This document shows, in pieces, positions 18,316-28,216 of a stretch of DNA of 64,000 nt. The stretch is taken from the IMG/VR virus record IMGVR_UViG_3300011834_000039. One strand, written 5' to 3'. This DNA comes from an uncultured virus (IMG/VR IMGVR_UViG_3300011834_000039). Its lineage: Duplodnaviria; Heunggongvirae; Uroviricota; Caudoviricetes. The translations under genes were made by a program, and so were the position numbers. Position 1 is the first letter of the stretch. Every line of letters begins with the position of its first letter. Under the pieces are notes generated by a model. That model did no database searches and was not told the DNA's origin. It saw nothing but the letters and a program-made list of their open reading frames with translations.

Positions 18316-19412
18316 TTAGTGCGCGCCCCACAGATAAAGCAGCCCGTAGAATGGCAGCAGCAGATTCCAGAACAGGAAGGTTGCAATTGTCGTTGCGATT
18401 GCAAGCACGAACGCTGCAAGCGCCAAGGACTGTCCGATGCGTCCGACACCGGGCTTTCGCCCGGGATCAATGTGCGGCATGCCAGCCGCGGCTTTTGTGG
18501 CGAACGAGATCATGCCAGCACCCATGCGTAGAAACCGACCGTCACGGCTAGAACGGCGACGACTGCCAAGCCCCATAAAAAGCGATCGCCAAGGCCGAGC
18601 GTGGTTTCCGGCTCGTAAAATGAATCACCCTCCGCGTAGTCTTTGGGCGCATAGTTGCGCGTATGGCTGTACGTGGTGAAGGTCATCACGCTACTCCCCT
18701 CGTTTTGGTGTTTTTCGTAAGCTTCACCTTCTTGGTGAAATCGACCGGGATGATGTTGTCTTCTTCAGGCTTGTCAGCCTCGACACCGCCGCCGTCCTCT
18801 TCAACATCGGGCCCGACTTCGAAGCGCGAGACCTCAAGCTGCACAAGGCCCGTTCCGGGAATCATGAAACGCACAGTCAGCCAGCGGAAGCTGTCGCGCT
18901 CCTCAATGATGATGCCCTTCCACTTCCAAAGCCGGTGGACGACGATTTCGCCGGGCAAATCCCAGCATTCACCGCAATCACATGTCATGCGGCACCCCGA
19001 ATCTGCGCCGCCTTGGCACGCCATACGGCTCGCCAAACGCGTAAGCGCCATGGAATAAGCCATCCGAAAAAGCATGAAAGAACCGTCACGCTGCCGTAAC
19101 CGTTGACATCAAGCCCATACAGGCCATTGCCGATCCAGATATCGATGCCACGATTGCGATTGGTGGCGCGATACTCAGTAAAATGCCATTCGGCTGGGCT
19201 GTTCTTCAGCGCATCCAGCACTGCCGAAATCATCGGATTGGTCATGCGGCACCTCTTTTCGGTGCGCGGTGGTAGCTGACCGGCGCGCTGGAAACGTATC
19301 GCCCGTCAATAAGGCGAGCCGAAGCGCGTGCTTCTGCTTTTTGCGCAGCCGTCCGGTAAGGCTTGCGGTTTGTCATATCCCGCTCGCCAGTTCGCGTACA
19401 TTTCGTTTTCAA
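18316..19412 (-). CDS. Chain of five small early genes (19242-19412, 18985-19245, 18686-18988, 18510-18686, 18316-18513); the last two are membrane peptides
   Basis: Consecutive ATGA/TGATG overlaps and RBSs. Confidence 0.6.
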
Positions 19413-19481
19413 GTAATGTCCTCCTCATCGGGAGGTTAGTCGTTGGCCCCGTCATCCTCGCGGTCGGCCTGCCTCGAAAGG

Positions 19482-19766
19482 CTAGTGGACCGTGCCTGTA
19501 TACGGCCCGTCCAGAATAGTTATGCGGGGCAGCGAGACATAAATGTCCATGCATCCTCCCGAATAACCGCCGTTATAAGTTGCGCGCCGCACAACGGTCT
19601 TCTCAGTTGGATAAGGCGGCGGTAGTGTGGGCGATCTTTCCGAAAGTAGCGACCAGGCGTGGCCTCTGGTGATCCCCATCAATTCCGCGATCTGCCCAAA
19701 TGACGTGCCCTTCTTACGGTGCGCGGCAGCAGTTGCCTGCAGTTCGTGCCTTGATGAATACTGCAT
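19482..19766 (-). CDS. Small HTH protein, first substantial gene of the leftward operon
   Basis: 'GTSFGQIAELMGITRGHAWSLL' HTH; ATG at 19766 follows ACACGAGGAG. Confidence 0.7.
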   Translation of the reverse strand: MQYSSRHELQATAAAHRKKGTSFGQIAELMGITRGHAWSLLSERSPTLPPPYPTEKTVVRRATYNGGYSGGCMDIYVSLPRITILDGPYTGTVH

Positions 19767-20200
19767 GTCTCCTCGTGTCGGTTGGTGATGGTTGACAAGT
19801 GCCGCGTCTGACGGCATCTGTCTGGTCGCGCGGGGTGGTACCTGCGAAGGAAATCGCGGCGTAGAAGCGGCTTCGGCCCTCCTCGTGTTAACCGCGACGT
19901 ACGGGCAGGCTGGGGTAACGGGTGGTGCCGACCCATAACAGCCTGCTTTTAAAGCACGCCGAAAGCGCCAGCCGCGTTTCAGCGGCCAGCGTCCCTGATG
20001 AATTCTATGGCGGCACTTCAACGAGAGCCGGTTCGCTTCTGTCGGCAACTGTCGTCATTCGCTCTCTCCTCTATTACGATTGCGCCTTCGCGCGGCTGCT
20101 ATCTATTGAGTGCCGATATCCTTGGGAGGATGTTTTCTGGCATCATGAGGTAGGCCCTCCTTCGAACTGTCCAACGTCTTATGCGTCGGTTAATGAGAAT

Positions 20201-20253
20201 AGTTATATACGCGATTCGTATTTTCGTCAACCACTGTAATACGTTTTTCGTAT
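20201..20253 (-). promoter_or_regulatory. Leftward promoter with two operators
   Basis: Minus strand TTGACG-N17-TATAAC; palindromes ATACG-N5-CGTAT at 20207-20221 and 20239-20253. Confidence 0.85.
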
Positions 20254-20269
20254 TATCCGCTATGAATAC

Positions 20270-20293
20270 AAAAAAGGGCCGCTATAGCGGCCC
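20270..20293 (-). terminator. Intrinsic terminator downstream of cI
   Basis: GGGCCGCTATAGCGGCCC followed by T6 on the minus strand. Confidence 0.85.
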
Positions 20294-20316
20294 ATTACTG
20301 CTATCCGATTAACGTA

Positions 20317-20914
20317 TTAAAGCTGGCGCCAGAATTCCCGCGAAATGCGTATCACCAGCTTGCGAGCCCAAACGATCCGGACATCTTCTATGTCTGGTGC
20401 ATTCGTACTAGATAGTGTGAATAACCCAGGCTCGGATCCGCGGCGGATCGTCTTGATTAGCATCCTATCGTCCTCAAGACGAACCATGCNNNNNNNNNNA
20501 AGTTTGGCCAAGCGCATCATCTGCAGTCAACTCCTTACCCGAATAGGCAACCAGGTCGCCATCCTCGAATATCGGATACATGCTGTCGCCACGCACAATA
20601 GCGCCGACCGTACCTTGCGGCAGTGCGGCCGCTACAGAAACCTCATAAAGCGGATCACCATCATCGATTGGATATACAGCCGCACCTGCCCCAACATAGC
20701 CAAGCACTGGAATCACAGACTTGCGATCCGGCATAGGCAACCCGCTCAATCGGCTCATGACTACCATTTCATGAGCCTTAAGCTGACGCTTGCCTTTAAG
20801 TATTTCGCTAATGGTAGGCTGACGACCGAGGCCGAGCTCTTTCGCTACCTGTTCTTGGGTGAGCCCGCTGGCTTCCAAGGCCTCCGCAAACCACTTGATT
20901 ACTTCGCTATCCAT
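20317..20914 (-). CDS. cI: CI-like repressor (XRE HTH + S24 peptidase), interrupted by an assembly gap
   Basis: HTH 'LTQEQVAKELG..QPTISEIL.GKR'; 'GYVGAG' cleavage region; 'VRGDSMYP' Ser and 'LIKTI' Lys on either side of Ns at 20490-20499. Confidence 0.9.
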
Positions 20915-20949
20915 AAATGCTTTATCGCATAATCGTATATTTATGTCAT

Positions 20950-21002
20950 ATACGCTTTTCGTATTTCAAGCTTGACCTTTCCATACGTTTACCGTATATA
21001 CT
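20950..21002 (+). promoter_or_regulatory. Rightward promoter with two operators
   Basis: CTTGAC-N17-GTATAT; ATACG-N5-CGTAT at 20950-20964 and 20983-20997. Confidence 0.85.
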
Positions 21003-21074
21003 CCTCAACAGCACGAAGACAGCCTCACCAGCTTGATCTGCTGACCACCGACCAAAACACGAGGAGAAACCCAC

Positions 21075-21341
21075 ATGACCGCAACAGCACCGAGAAGAAG
21101 AAGCTCCAAGCCTCGCCCGAATGAGATCATCGGCGGCGGATTCTTTGTATTCCGCCGCGGCAAGAAGACCGGCCGCGTTGGCGTCTTTACTACAATGCCA
21201 TACGAACACGGCTCGTTTGAGCAGGCTTTGGCAGAAGCGACGCGTCTTGCTGCCCTGTGCCCCGGCGAGACCTTCGAAGTCTTCCAGACGAGCGGCGCCG
21301 TTGCCTGCTGTGCGCCGGTTGAACTGGCGGAGGCTGCGTAA
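21075..21341 (+). CDS. Hypothetical protein, first gene of the rightward operon
   Basis: ACACGAGGAG RBS at 21057; 88 aa. Confidence 0.75.
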   Translation: MTATAPRRRSSKPRPNEIIGGGFFVFRRGKKTGRVGVFTTMPYEHGSFEQALAEATRLAALCPGETFEVFQTSGAVACCAPVELAEAA

Positions 21342-21342
21342 G

Positions 21343-21642
21343 ATGGCTGACACCAGGTTTACTCCAGGGCCATGGGATTTTGAACCGTCCGGAAAAGAGG
21401 CTGGATATATTGGCTTCCCAGATGGGTCAGGGTTCTACGCTGCCATTCGTGAAGGTGACGGGCATCTGATCGCCGCCGCGACTGATCTGTATGAGGCGTC
21501 AGAGCCATTCGATGATTTGGCAACTCTGAGGGATGTTAACAGCCCAGAATGGTGCGACAGCGACACCTTAACCGTGGTCGTATCAATCCGATCATTACGC
21601 GCCATCAAAGCAGCCCGCGCCAAAGCGGAGGGCCGGTCATGA
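21343..21642 (+). CDS. Hypothetical phage protein ('TPGPW' family)
   Basis: 'FTPGPW...LIAAATDLYEA...AARAKAEG' is a common phage early-protein pattern. Confidence 0.7.
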   Translation: MADTRFTPGPWDFEPSGKEAGYIGFPDGSGFYAAIREGDGHLIAAATDLYEASEPFDDLATLRDVNSPEWCDSDTLTVVVSIRSLRAIKAARAKAEGRS

Positions 21643-21986
21643 GCACCCGCAACCCCACCATCGAGCTTGAGGACGCGCCGCTTACACGCGGACAGAAGAA
21701 CATCGTCGATGCGCTGGCAGCGATTTATCCGCGCCGCATCTACATCGACGACCTCGTTGACCACGTTTACGCTTTCGACCCGAACGGCGGCCCAGATGGC
21801 GCGCAGCAAGTCGTGCGAACGCAGATTTGCAATCTTCGAAAGCGCTTGCCCTCCTTTGGCTGGACGATCCCGATGAACCACAAGGGCCCTGGCAATCACG
21901 GATACTATCGCCTTGCACCAGTAGCTGCGAACGACAACGTGCCAGCTTCAGAACGGACGGCAAATGACCGGAGGGCAGCAGCATGA
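21639..21986 (+). CDS. OmpR/PhoB-type winged-helix DNA-binding protein
   Basis: 'DDLVDHVY...VVRTQICNLRKRL...GYYRL'. Confidence 0.8.
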   Translation: MSTRNPTIELEDAPLTRGQKNIVDALAAIYPRRIYIDDLVDHVYAFDPNGGPDGAQQVVRTQICNLRKRLPSFGWTIPMNHKGPGNHGYYRLAPVAANDNVPASERTANDRRAAA

Positions 21987-23035
21987 ACCGCGCCCTTTTG
22001 GAATTGCTCGCCGACGACGATTTTGAAACTGAAACCGACGCACCGAAGGCCGGCAGTGACGAGCCAATGCGCCGCCCGGATTATCGCGCCAAGAAACATG
22101 CACGCCCACAGCCGTGGCTCCGCTATGCGGCACGCGAAGCGGTCGAGATGACCGTTGTTATTGTTTTTGTTGTGGCCGTGTGCGGCGTTGGGTTGGGGTT
22201 ATCCGCATGAGGCGCGAAAGATAGCGACGGGGCGCTTAAGCCCCCGCCCCCCCCAAGATTAACGGCCTTTGCGCATCTGGCGCCACGGTTTTTTGCATCC
22301 ACTAACACGAGGAGAAGAACATGCACAGACATGTATCGACGACGCACACCGCTATGGCCCCCATCCTGACCGCCACCGAATTCCAGCAACAAGGCACGAC
22401 TGCTGCGCAAGTACTGTCGATCTCAAAGGCCGTACGTGCGCTTGGCTATCACTCAGAGGCTGAGACGCTGCGCGACACCGCCTTCGAACTAGCGCGCATT
22501 ACCGGCGTTCGGTTCCGTTATGGCGCTCCACGCCAGCGTCGCAACCCAGCCAACGACAATCGCCGTCGGCTGCGGAGGGCGGTGTGATGGGTGTGGGGGA
22601 AAAGGCTGTGCGCCATTGGGTTGCTGAGTTTAAGTGGCCAGGAAAGCGGAAGTTCTATGTTGGGACGGTCGAACTGCCCGCCCAAATCATGCAGCATGAA
22701 CTTGATGCTTCCCTTTTTCGAAAATTCCAAGAACTGTGGGGCAACATTCTTCCGGATGGCGTGCCGCTTCCGCAACTGGTCAACGCAATTCCTGGAGCGA
22801 TCGTATTTGTTGATGAACAGGTGCGCCCATGACCACTCTCACCATCTGGCTCCTTATCGGAATAGTCGTATACCTAGCGCTTTATATTAAGAAGCGCCGT
22901 ACCGAGCCTGAGAACACCAAGGCTTACGAAAAGCTCCCGCTGATCGCCCGCATTATTGGCGCTGTCCTATTCATCGTCATCTGGCCTCTGGCTTTGCTTG
23001 AGCTTCTTTCGGGAGGTAACGACCATGGCAATTAA
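21983..23035 (+). CDS. Four small hypothetical genes (21983-22210, 22321-22587, 22584-22832, 22829-23035)
   Basis: Coupled ORFs; first and last have TM segments; ACACGAGGAG RBS before 22321. Confidence 0.6.
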
Positions 23036-23894
23036 GTCGACCACAGTATCGGAAGAAGCGGTGAAGGCGGCAATGATTGCCCAAGAGAACTCATTCATCG
23101 ATGGGTATGATCCAGATATCCAAATGAAAGCCGCCCTCACCGCCGCCCTCCCTCACCTACCTGGGGTGTGTGTGAAGAAGCTTGACCTGACCATTCTTGA
23201 AAGGTTGGCGGATTACGCAGAACAGTATGATCATCCCGACGAGAACGGGCCATTCCCTGACATTCAGGATGTGATGGTTACGGTTGGCGATCTGCGTCAA
23301 GCTCGCAAACTGCTTTCGATCCTCTCCGAGTTTGAGCCATCCGCAGCGCGTGAGCTGGCGTTGGAGGAAGCGGCGCGCCTGTGTGACACCCTTGAAGAAA
23401 AAACAAACCGCCCTTCGGTATGCGCCGCCGCCATCCGCGCCCTATCCTCCCCGGACCATAATGCCGACGCCGGTAAATTGGATGCTGTCACCATATGCAA
23501 GAAATTAGCTCCGTATCTCGGGGCGACCGAGGCTAACGACTGGAGAGGCCTAAAGGACGATGACGCGATATCCTTGACTGTTAAGTTGCGGGTCGGGGAC
23601 TTGCGCACTCTGAAGGCTGTGGCGACCGACGAAGCCGAAGCCGGTAAGGTCGAGGGGGATGAGTGGCTGCCGATGACGCATCCCGACTTGCCGTTGAATG
23701 GAGCGAGCGTTGTCATGTTTGACAGCTTCATTCCAGGCAAAGACGGTTTTGGTCAGGTAATAGCTCGTTTCGACAAAACGCACGGTTGGCATGTAGCTGC
23801 ATCGGTTGTCGGCGGGATATACATTCAGCTTACCAATCCGATCAAGTGGCGTCCCCTTTTCTCTGCACCTTCTCAGGAGGTGGCGGGGTCATGA
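23025..23894 (+). CDS. Mosaic hypothetical phage early protein
   Basis: GGAGG RBS; modular segments; C-terminal 'W.P...P..WRPL' DUF551-like motif. Confidence 0.65.
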   Translation: MAIKSTTVSEEAVKAAMIAQENSFIDGYDPDIQMKAALTAALPHLPGVCVKKLDLTILERLADYAEQYDHPDENGPFPDIQDVMVTVGDLRQARKLLSILSEFEPSAARELALEEAARLCDTLEEKTNRPSVCAAAIRALSSPDHNADAGKLDAVTICKKLAPYLGATEANDWRGLKDDDAISLTVKLRVGDLRTLKAVATDEAEAGKVEGDEWLPMTHPDLPLNGASVVMFDSFIPGKDGFGQVIARFDKTHGWHVAASVVGGIYIQLTNPIKWRPLFSAPSQEVAGS

Positions 23895-24197
23895 GCAAGC
23901 TCCACCTTTCTCTGAAAGCAGAATACTTTGACGCGATCCGCGACGGCACCAAGACGGAAGAGTACCGGCTTGCGAACGCTTACTGGACGCGGCGGCTCTT
24001 TGTGATCGGCTACAGGACAAACGGACACCGTAGCTTCAGCAGTATTGTACTGACCAAGGGCTACCCGAAAAGTGACGATACTAGTCGTCGCATCGAATTG
24101 CCGTGGCTCGGTTTCGTTCGCAAGACAATCACCCATCCACATTTTGGGCCTGATCCTGTCGATGTTTACGCAATCGACGTGTCTGGCCACACATCAG
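23891..24197 (+). CDS. ASCH/PUA-like domain protein (3' end runs into N gap)
   Basis: 'LHLSLKAEYFDAIRDGTKTEEYR...YW..RL' ASCH signature. Confidence 0.8.
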
Positions 24198-24489
24198 NNN
24201 NNNNNNNNNNNNNNNNNNNNNNNNNNNNNNNNNNNNNNNNNNNNNNNNNNNNNNNNNNNNNNNNNNNNNNNNNNNNNNNNNNNNNNNNNNNNNNNNNNNN
24301 NNNNNNNNNNNNNNNNNNNNNNNNNNNNNNNNNNNNNNNNNNNNNNNNNNNNNNNNNNNNNNNNNNNNNNNNNNNNNNNNNNNNNNNNNNNNNNNNNNNN
24401 NNNNNNNNNNNNNNNNNNNCGAAAAGTGGAACACCCGCCCCACCCCCGTTGCTCCCGTATCGCCGGATGCTACCGGCAAGTGCGGGGAG

Positions 24490-26682
24490 TTGGTGACGGT
24501 GGCTTGGGAGAGCATGGACAACAAGTGCGACCCAGACGACAAGCTGGTCTATGAAATCAAGTTCCCTCGAAATGGCGATAAGCGCCTAGTTTACCGCTCG
24601 CAGGCTGTGGAGCTATTGGCGGAACGGGATGAAACAATTCGTCGTCAGGACATAGCCCTGCGCGGTGCATTGCGGGAAGTTAAGCGATTGAAAGCCGACA
24701 ACGCGGCGAAGGATGCGCGGGTTAAGGAGTTGGAGACGGAAGTAGCCGAGGCTACTAGGCGCGGCGAAGACCAGTGGGCTGGATGGGTAAAAGAGGAAGC
24801 TCTGCGGAAAGCCCTCGAAGCCAAGCTCGCGGCGGCTGAAAAGGCGCTGGAGTTCTACGCCAAGCAGGTTTCTGGTTGTCGGAAGATAGGGTCAGACGGC
24901 GATAAGTTTCGTGCGTCTCTTGATGCCGATGGTGGCGCAACAGCCCGCGCAGCGCTGGGAGGGAAGCCGTCATGAAATGGTTCGCCCTTTGGATAAACAT
25001 CGTGTTTTACCCGCAATATTGCCGCCGTGTAAGCCTCGGAAATGGCAAATGGAAATGGGAGCCTTTGCCATGACCGACCTCATTACCCGCCTCTCCAAGC
25101 TAGACGCGCCTGACAGGGAAGTGGATGCGGAACTGGAAGCCGTTTCCCTTGGTGGCCGTGTTTACCTCAATGATCCAGAAAGCAAGGAAGTGATCATCGA
25201 AAGGCCGATTGATGGTTTTTGGATACGGGGCATTTATCCGTATCGCAAGATTGCTAGATACACTGCCTCTGTAGACGCAGTTATCGCGCTGGCTGAGAGG
25301 AAATTGCCAGACGCTAACGTCCTTATCGGATGGGGCCAGACCAAAGAGACCAAGCCGTGGGCGCGGATTGGCGTCATACCTTCACACGATGCAACGGGCT
25401 TTAACCTTGCCACCGCCCTCTGCATCGCCCTCTTGCGCGCAAAGGAGGCAAGCAAGCCATGAGTGAGAGCCTTGTATTCCGCAAAAGCCTTAAACAGCCG
25501 GATGCCTATAATCTCGTGATCCGCCGACACGACCTATCCGGCGTCGAATACGAACACATCTGCACGGTATCGACTGAAACCGCCGTCGAAATGAACCGTC
25601 TAGCTGAACATGGGATTGGTTTTTTACACGGCCATCCTTATCAACGGGGAGCCAGCAATGCCGAGTAAGGAACTCATCGCTCAAGCCGCGAAAGCAATGG
25701 AAGAACGGCGCAAAGAGCTTATCGCCCAGCCGTTGTCGCGCATCTATCCGCAATTGGCCAAAGCCGCCATCTCCACCATCCGCGCCGCGATAGCGGAGCC
25801 GAGTGAAGCGATGGTGCTAGCTGCATCAGATCAGGTGCGCATCAAGGCTATCTGGCGCGCAATGCTCGCCAAAAGCGCACTTGGGGAGCAGAGCGAATGA
25901 AGCTGACACCAACCATGAAGGAAGCACTGGCCCGCATGGCCGAGAAACTGAAGTACCGCAGCCGCGTCTTTTCTGAACCAAACGAGAATACCGGGCGTGC
26001 TCTATTGAAGCGCGGTTTGATCGAAGTCGTTGGGAAATCTGGAGGCTGGAACCTGTACGTTTTGACGGATGCTGGTCGCCAAGTTCTGGCGGAGGAAAGC
26101 GAATGAAGCTGACAGCACCAAAGAAATTTTCAGACAGGCTGAACGGTCTATCTGACAATGCGCAAAAGGCTTGGGAAGACGCCTTACAGGCATTCCGTGA
26201 GGCTCAGACTGTCGGCCACCCAGCCTATTTTTATCCAACTGAGGAAGGTCGCCAAGCCCTGAAAGGCGGTGGGGAATGAGCGCTCTCGCCGTACTTCTCA
26301 TTGCTGTGATTAGCTTGGCTTGGGTCTACCCTGAAAGGCTTGGCCGTTGGCTTCGCAAGGTCTGGAATGGCTTCGGCCCCATCAACGTGAACAAGCACGT
26401 TCATATCGATGCCGCCACGGTTGCCGCTCTGCGCGCCGCACTGCGGGAAAGGGAGTGAGGATGTTAGCGCGAGTCTACAAGCGAATTCTCATCATCATGG
26501 TGGCCATTGTCGCCATCATAGTTGCCTATCAGAACATTCCGCACATTCACATCGGAGAGCGTGCGCAAGGCAGCTACGAGGGCGGTATCGCATCTGACGA
26601 GGATGTTTCGACAGCGGTTCGAGAGGCCCAGGAAGCCGCAGATAAGGCAGGCCGTGCCGGCCCGGCAGAAAGCAGCCAGTAA
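24490..26682 (+). CDS. Run of small hypothetical genes (about 24490-24975, 25070-25462, 25459-25668, 25658-25900, 25897-26106, 26103-26279, 26276-26458, 26461-26682)
   Basis: Chained overlapping starts and stops with RBSs, typical of a variable early region. Confidence 0.55.
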
Positions 26683-26873
26683 TGGCGTCATACACCTTTG
26701 CTGACACCGAACGATGGTTGGACGCCATAGCCGGTGTAATTGCCTACTTTCCGGAAACAGAACAGAATCTGCTGCCACTTTATGAGCGCGTGGAACGAAT
26801 GCAGCGCAGTCTGGCTGCAAACGATAATATTCGCGACCGCATCAAATCACGGCTGCGTCGAACGGCAGCGTGA
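26682..26873 (+). CDS. Small basic protein convergent on the integrase (possible directionality factor)
   Basis: Last gene of the rightward operon; overlaps the integrase 3' end by 32 nt. Confidence 0.55.
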   Translation: MASYTFADTERWLDAIAGVIAYFPETEQNLLPLYERVERMQRSLAANDNIRDRIKSRLRRTAA

Positions 26874-28197
26874 ATTTTTCCATCTGTTCTTTTCGCCATT
26901 CCAGAGAACCGCCCGTGCCATATCGTGGGCGGTCAACTGTATGGCCCATCAACATTCGGCGCAGTTCATCGTCCAGGCCCGCCTCTTTCATGCGGTCCTC
27001 GAATGAATGGCGAAGCGAATATACGGTATAGCCTGCATCTTTTGGGAACAGCTCGTTGTCCTTGAAATATTTATTCAGCGTTGCCGACAGCGTGTCTTCC
27101 TTGTTTTTGTAACGAGGGAAGCCATTCTTATGCTTCTTAAATACCTCATGCGCTATGCCGACCAACGGCAGCTTGCGAACAGACGATGCGGTTTTAATCT
27201 CGCGCGGGTCTGCAGCATCCTTTCGCGGTGCAATCAGGATATGCGGAACCCTGTCGGCCAAGAATATGTGCTCTGCCGTAATGTTGCAAAGTTCACTTGG
27301 TCGACAGCCCGTTTCAATCATCGCCAAGACGATGCCGCGAGCTTCATCATTTAGACCGACGAGTGGTCCGTACGTTAAGAACTTTTCCCGGATTATTTTG
27401 GTCGGGATCGGCGGCCGTGACTTTTCGACCTTCTCTGCAAAGCTCAAATCGCGGAAAGGGTTAGGGCGATCCCTATCGCCCATATGCTTGAAGTATTCGG
27501 CAAAAAGCACGCGCATACCACCCATCATGCGATTGCCCATGCTGGCAGATATCGGCTGCTTCCCTTTGGCTGGCTTCGTTATCATTTGTAGCCAGACCTT
27601 GTAGAATTTCTGCGCGTCTTCGCGCGTTATGTCGGCGATTGCCTTATCCGAGACAATCTTCACAAAATGATCGATCGCCCGCTGCTTGTGTGCGCGCCAA
27701 CGCTTTTTCTGGATTTCGCTCTTGCCCGCCAGTTCATCTGGCGTGATCTCGTCAAAGTAGATTTTCAGAGCTTGAGTCACAGACACTGACGGGATGCTTG
27801 CGGCGCCCACAGCCGCCGCGTCTTCTACCGGATTGCCAGTTACGAGGTTTAGTCGGGCCGCTAGATCGTCATCCGGCATCGCAAGCAGCCTATCGGCTGG
27901 GACATATGAAATGCCAATGACTTCTGCGCGCTTAATGGCAGCATCATAAAGTGCCCGAGCCCTATCGCCATCAGCGCCCGCCTTTAACATTGCCCACAAC
28001 GCGTCATCAGCCGACTCGTACTCGTTGCGCTTCGTCATTGCCCGAGCCAGATCGTTTGTTTTCAGGCTTATGCGGACGATAGGGGCGCGACTATCCTTGC
28101 CTGCTACGGACGTGGGGACGCGGCGAACATACTGATAAACGCCGTCGCGATCTTTCAAATAACGATGAGGGTCTGATTTGATGCGGTACCCAGCCAT
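26842..28197 (-). CDS. Tyrosine integrase with N-terminal DUF6538-like arm-binding domain
   Basis: 'YQYVRRVP...ISLKTND' N-domain; catalytic 'TGCRPSE', 'IKT', 'YSLRHSF', 'MGH', 'RYG'. Confidence 0.93.
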   Translation of the reverse strand: MAGYRIKSDPHRYLKDRDGVYQYVRRVPTSVAGKDSRAPIVRISLKTNDLARAMTKRNEYESADDALWAMLKAGADGDRARALYDAAIKRAEVIGISYVPADRLLAMPDDDLAARLNLVTGNPVEDAAAVGAASIPSVSVTQALKIYFDEITPDELAGKSEIQKKRWRAHKQRAIDHFVKIVSDKAIADITREDAQKFYKVWLQMITKPAKGKQPISASMGNRMMGGMRVLFAEYFKHMGDRDRPNPFRDLSFAEKVEKSRPPIPTKIIREKFLTYGPLVGLNDEARGIVLAMIETGCRPSELCNITAEHIFLADRVPHILIAPRKDAADPREIKTASSVRKLPLVGIAHEVFKKHKNGFPRYKNKEDTLSATLNKYFKDNELFPKDAGYTVYSLRHSFEDRMKEAGLDDELRRMLMGHTVDRPRYGTGGSLEWRKEQMEKFTLPFDAAVI

Positions 28198-28216
28198 AAA
28201 TGCATAATAACACGCA

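Noticed and set aside
17391..18470. Long N-terminal extensions in the ORF track (AAA ATPase, helicase, kinase, fibre, protease)
   Set aside because: RBS position and domain starts support later ATGs; extensions overlap other genes
20317..20914. cI appearing as two ORFs (possible pseudogene)
   Set aside because: The break coincides with a 10-N scaffold gap of arbitrary length; both halves look intact
18985..21341. C-terminal AA endings without NDN (RGAA, EAA) as degrons
   Set aside because: Can arise from RBS plus GCATGA translational coupling; not counted as evidence on their own
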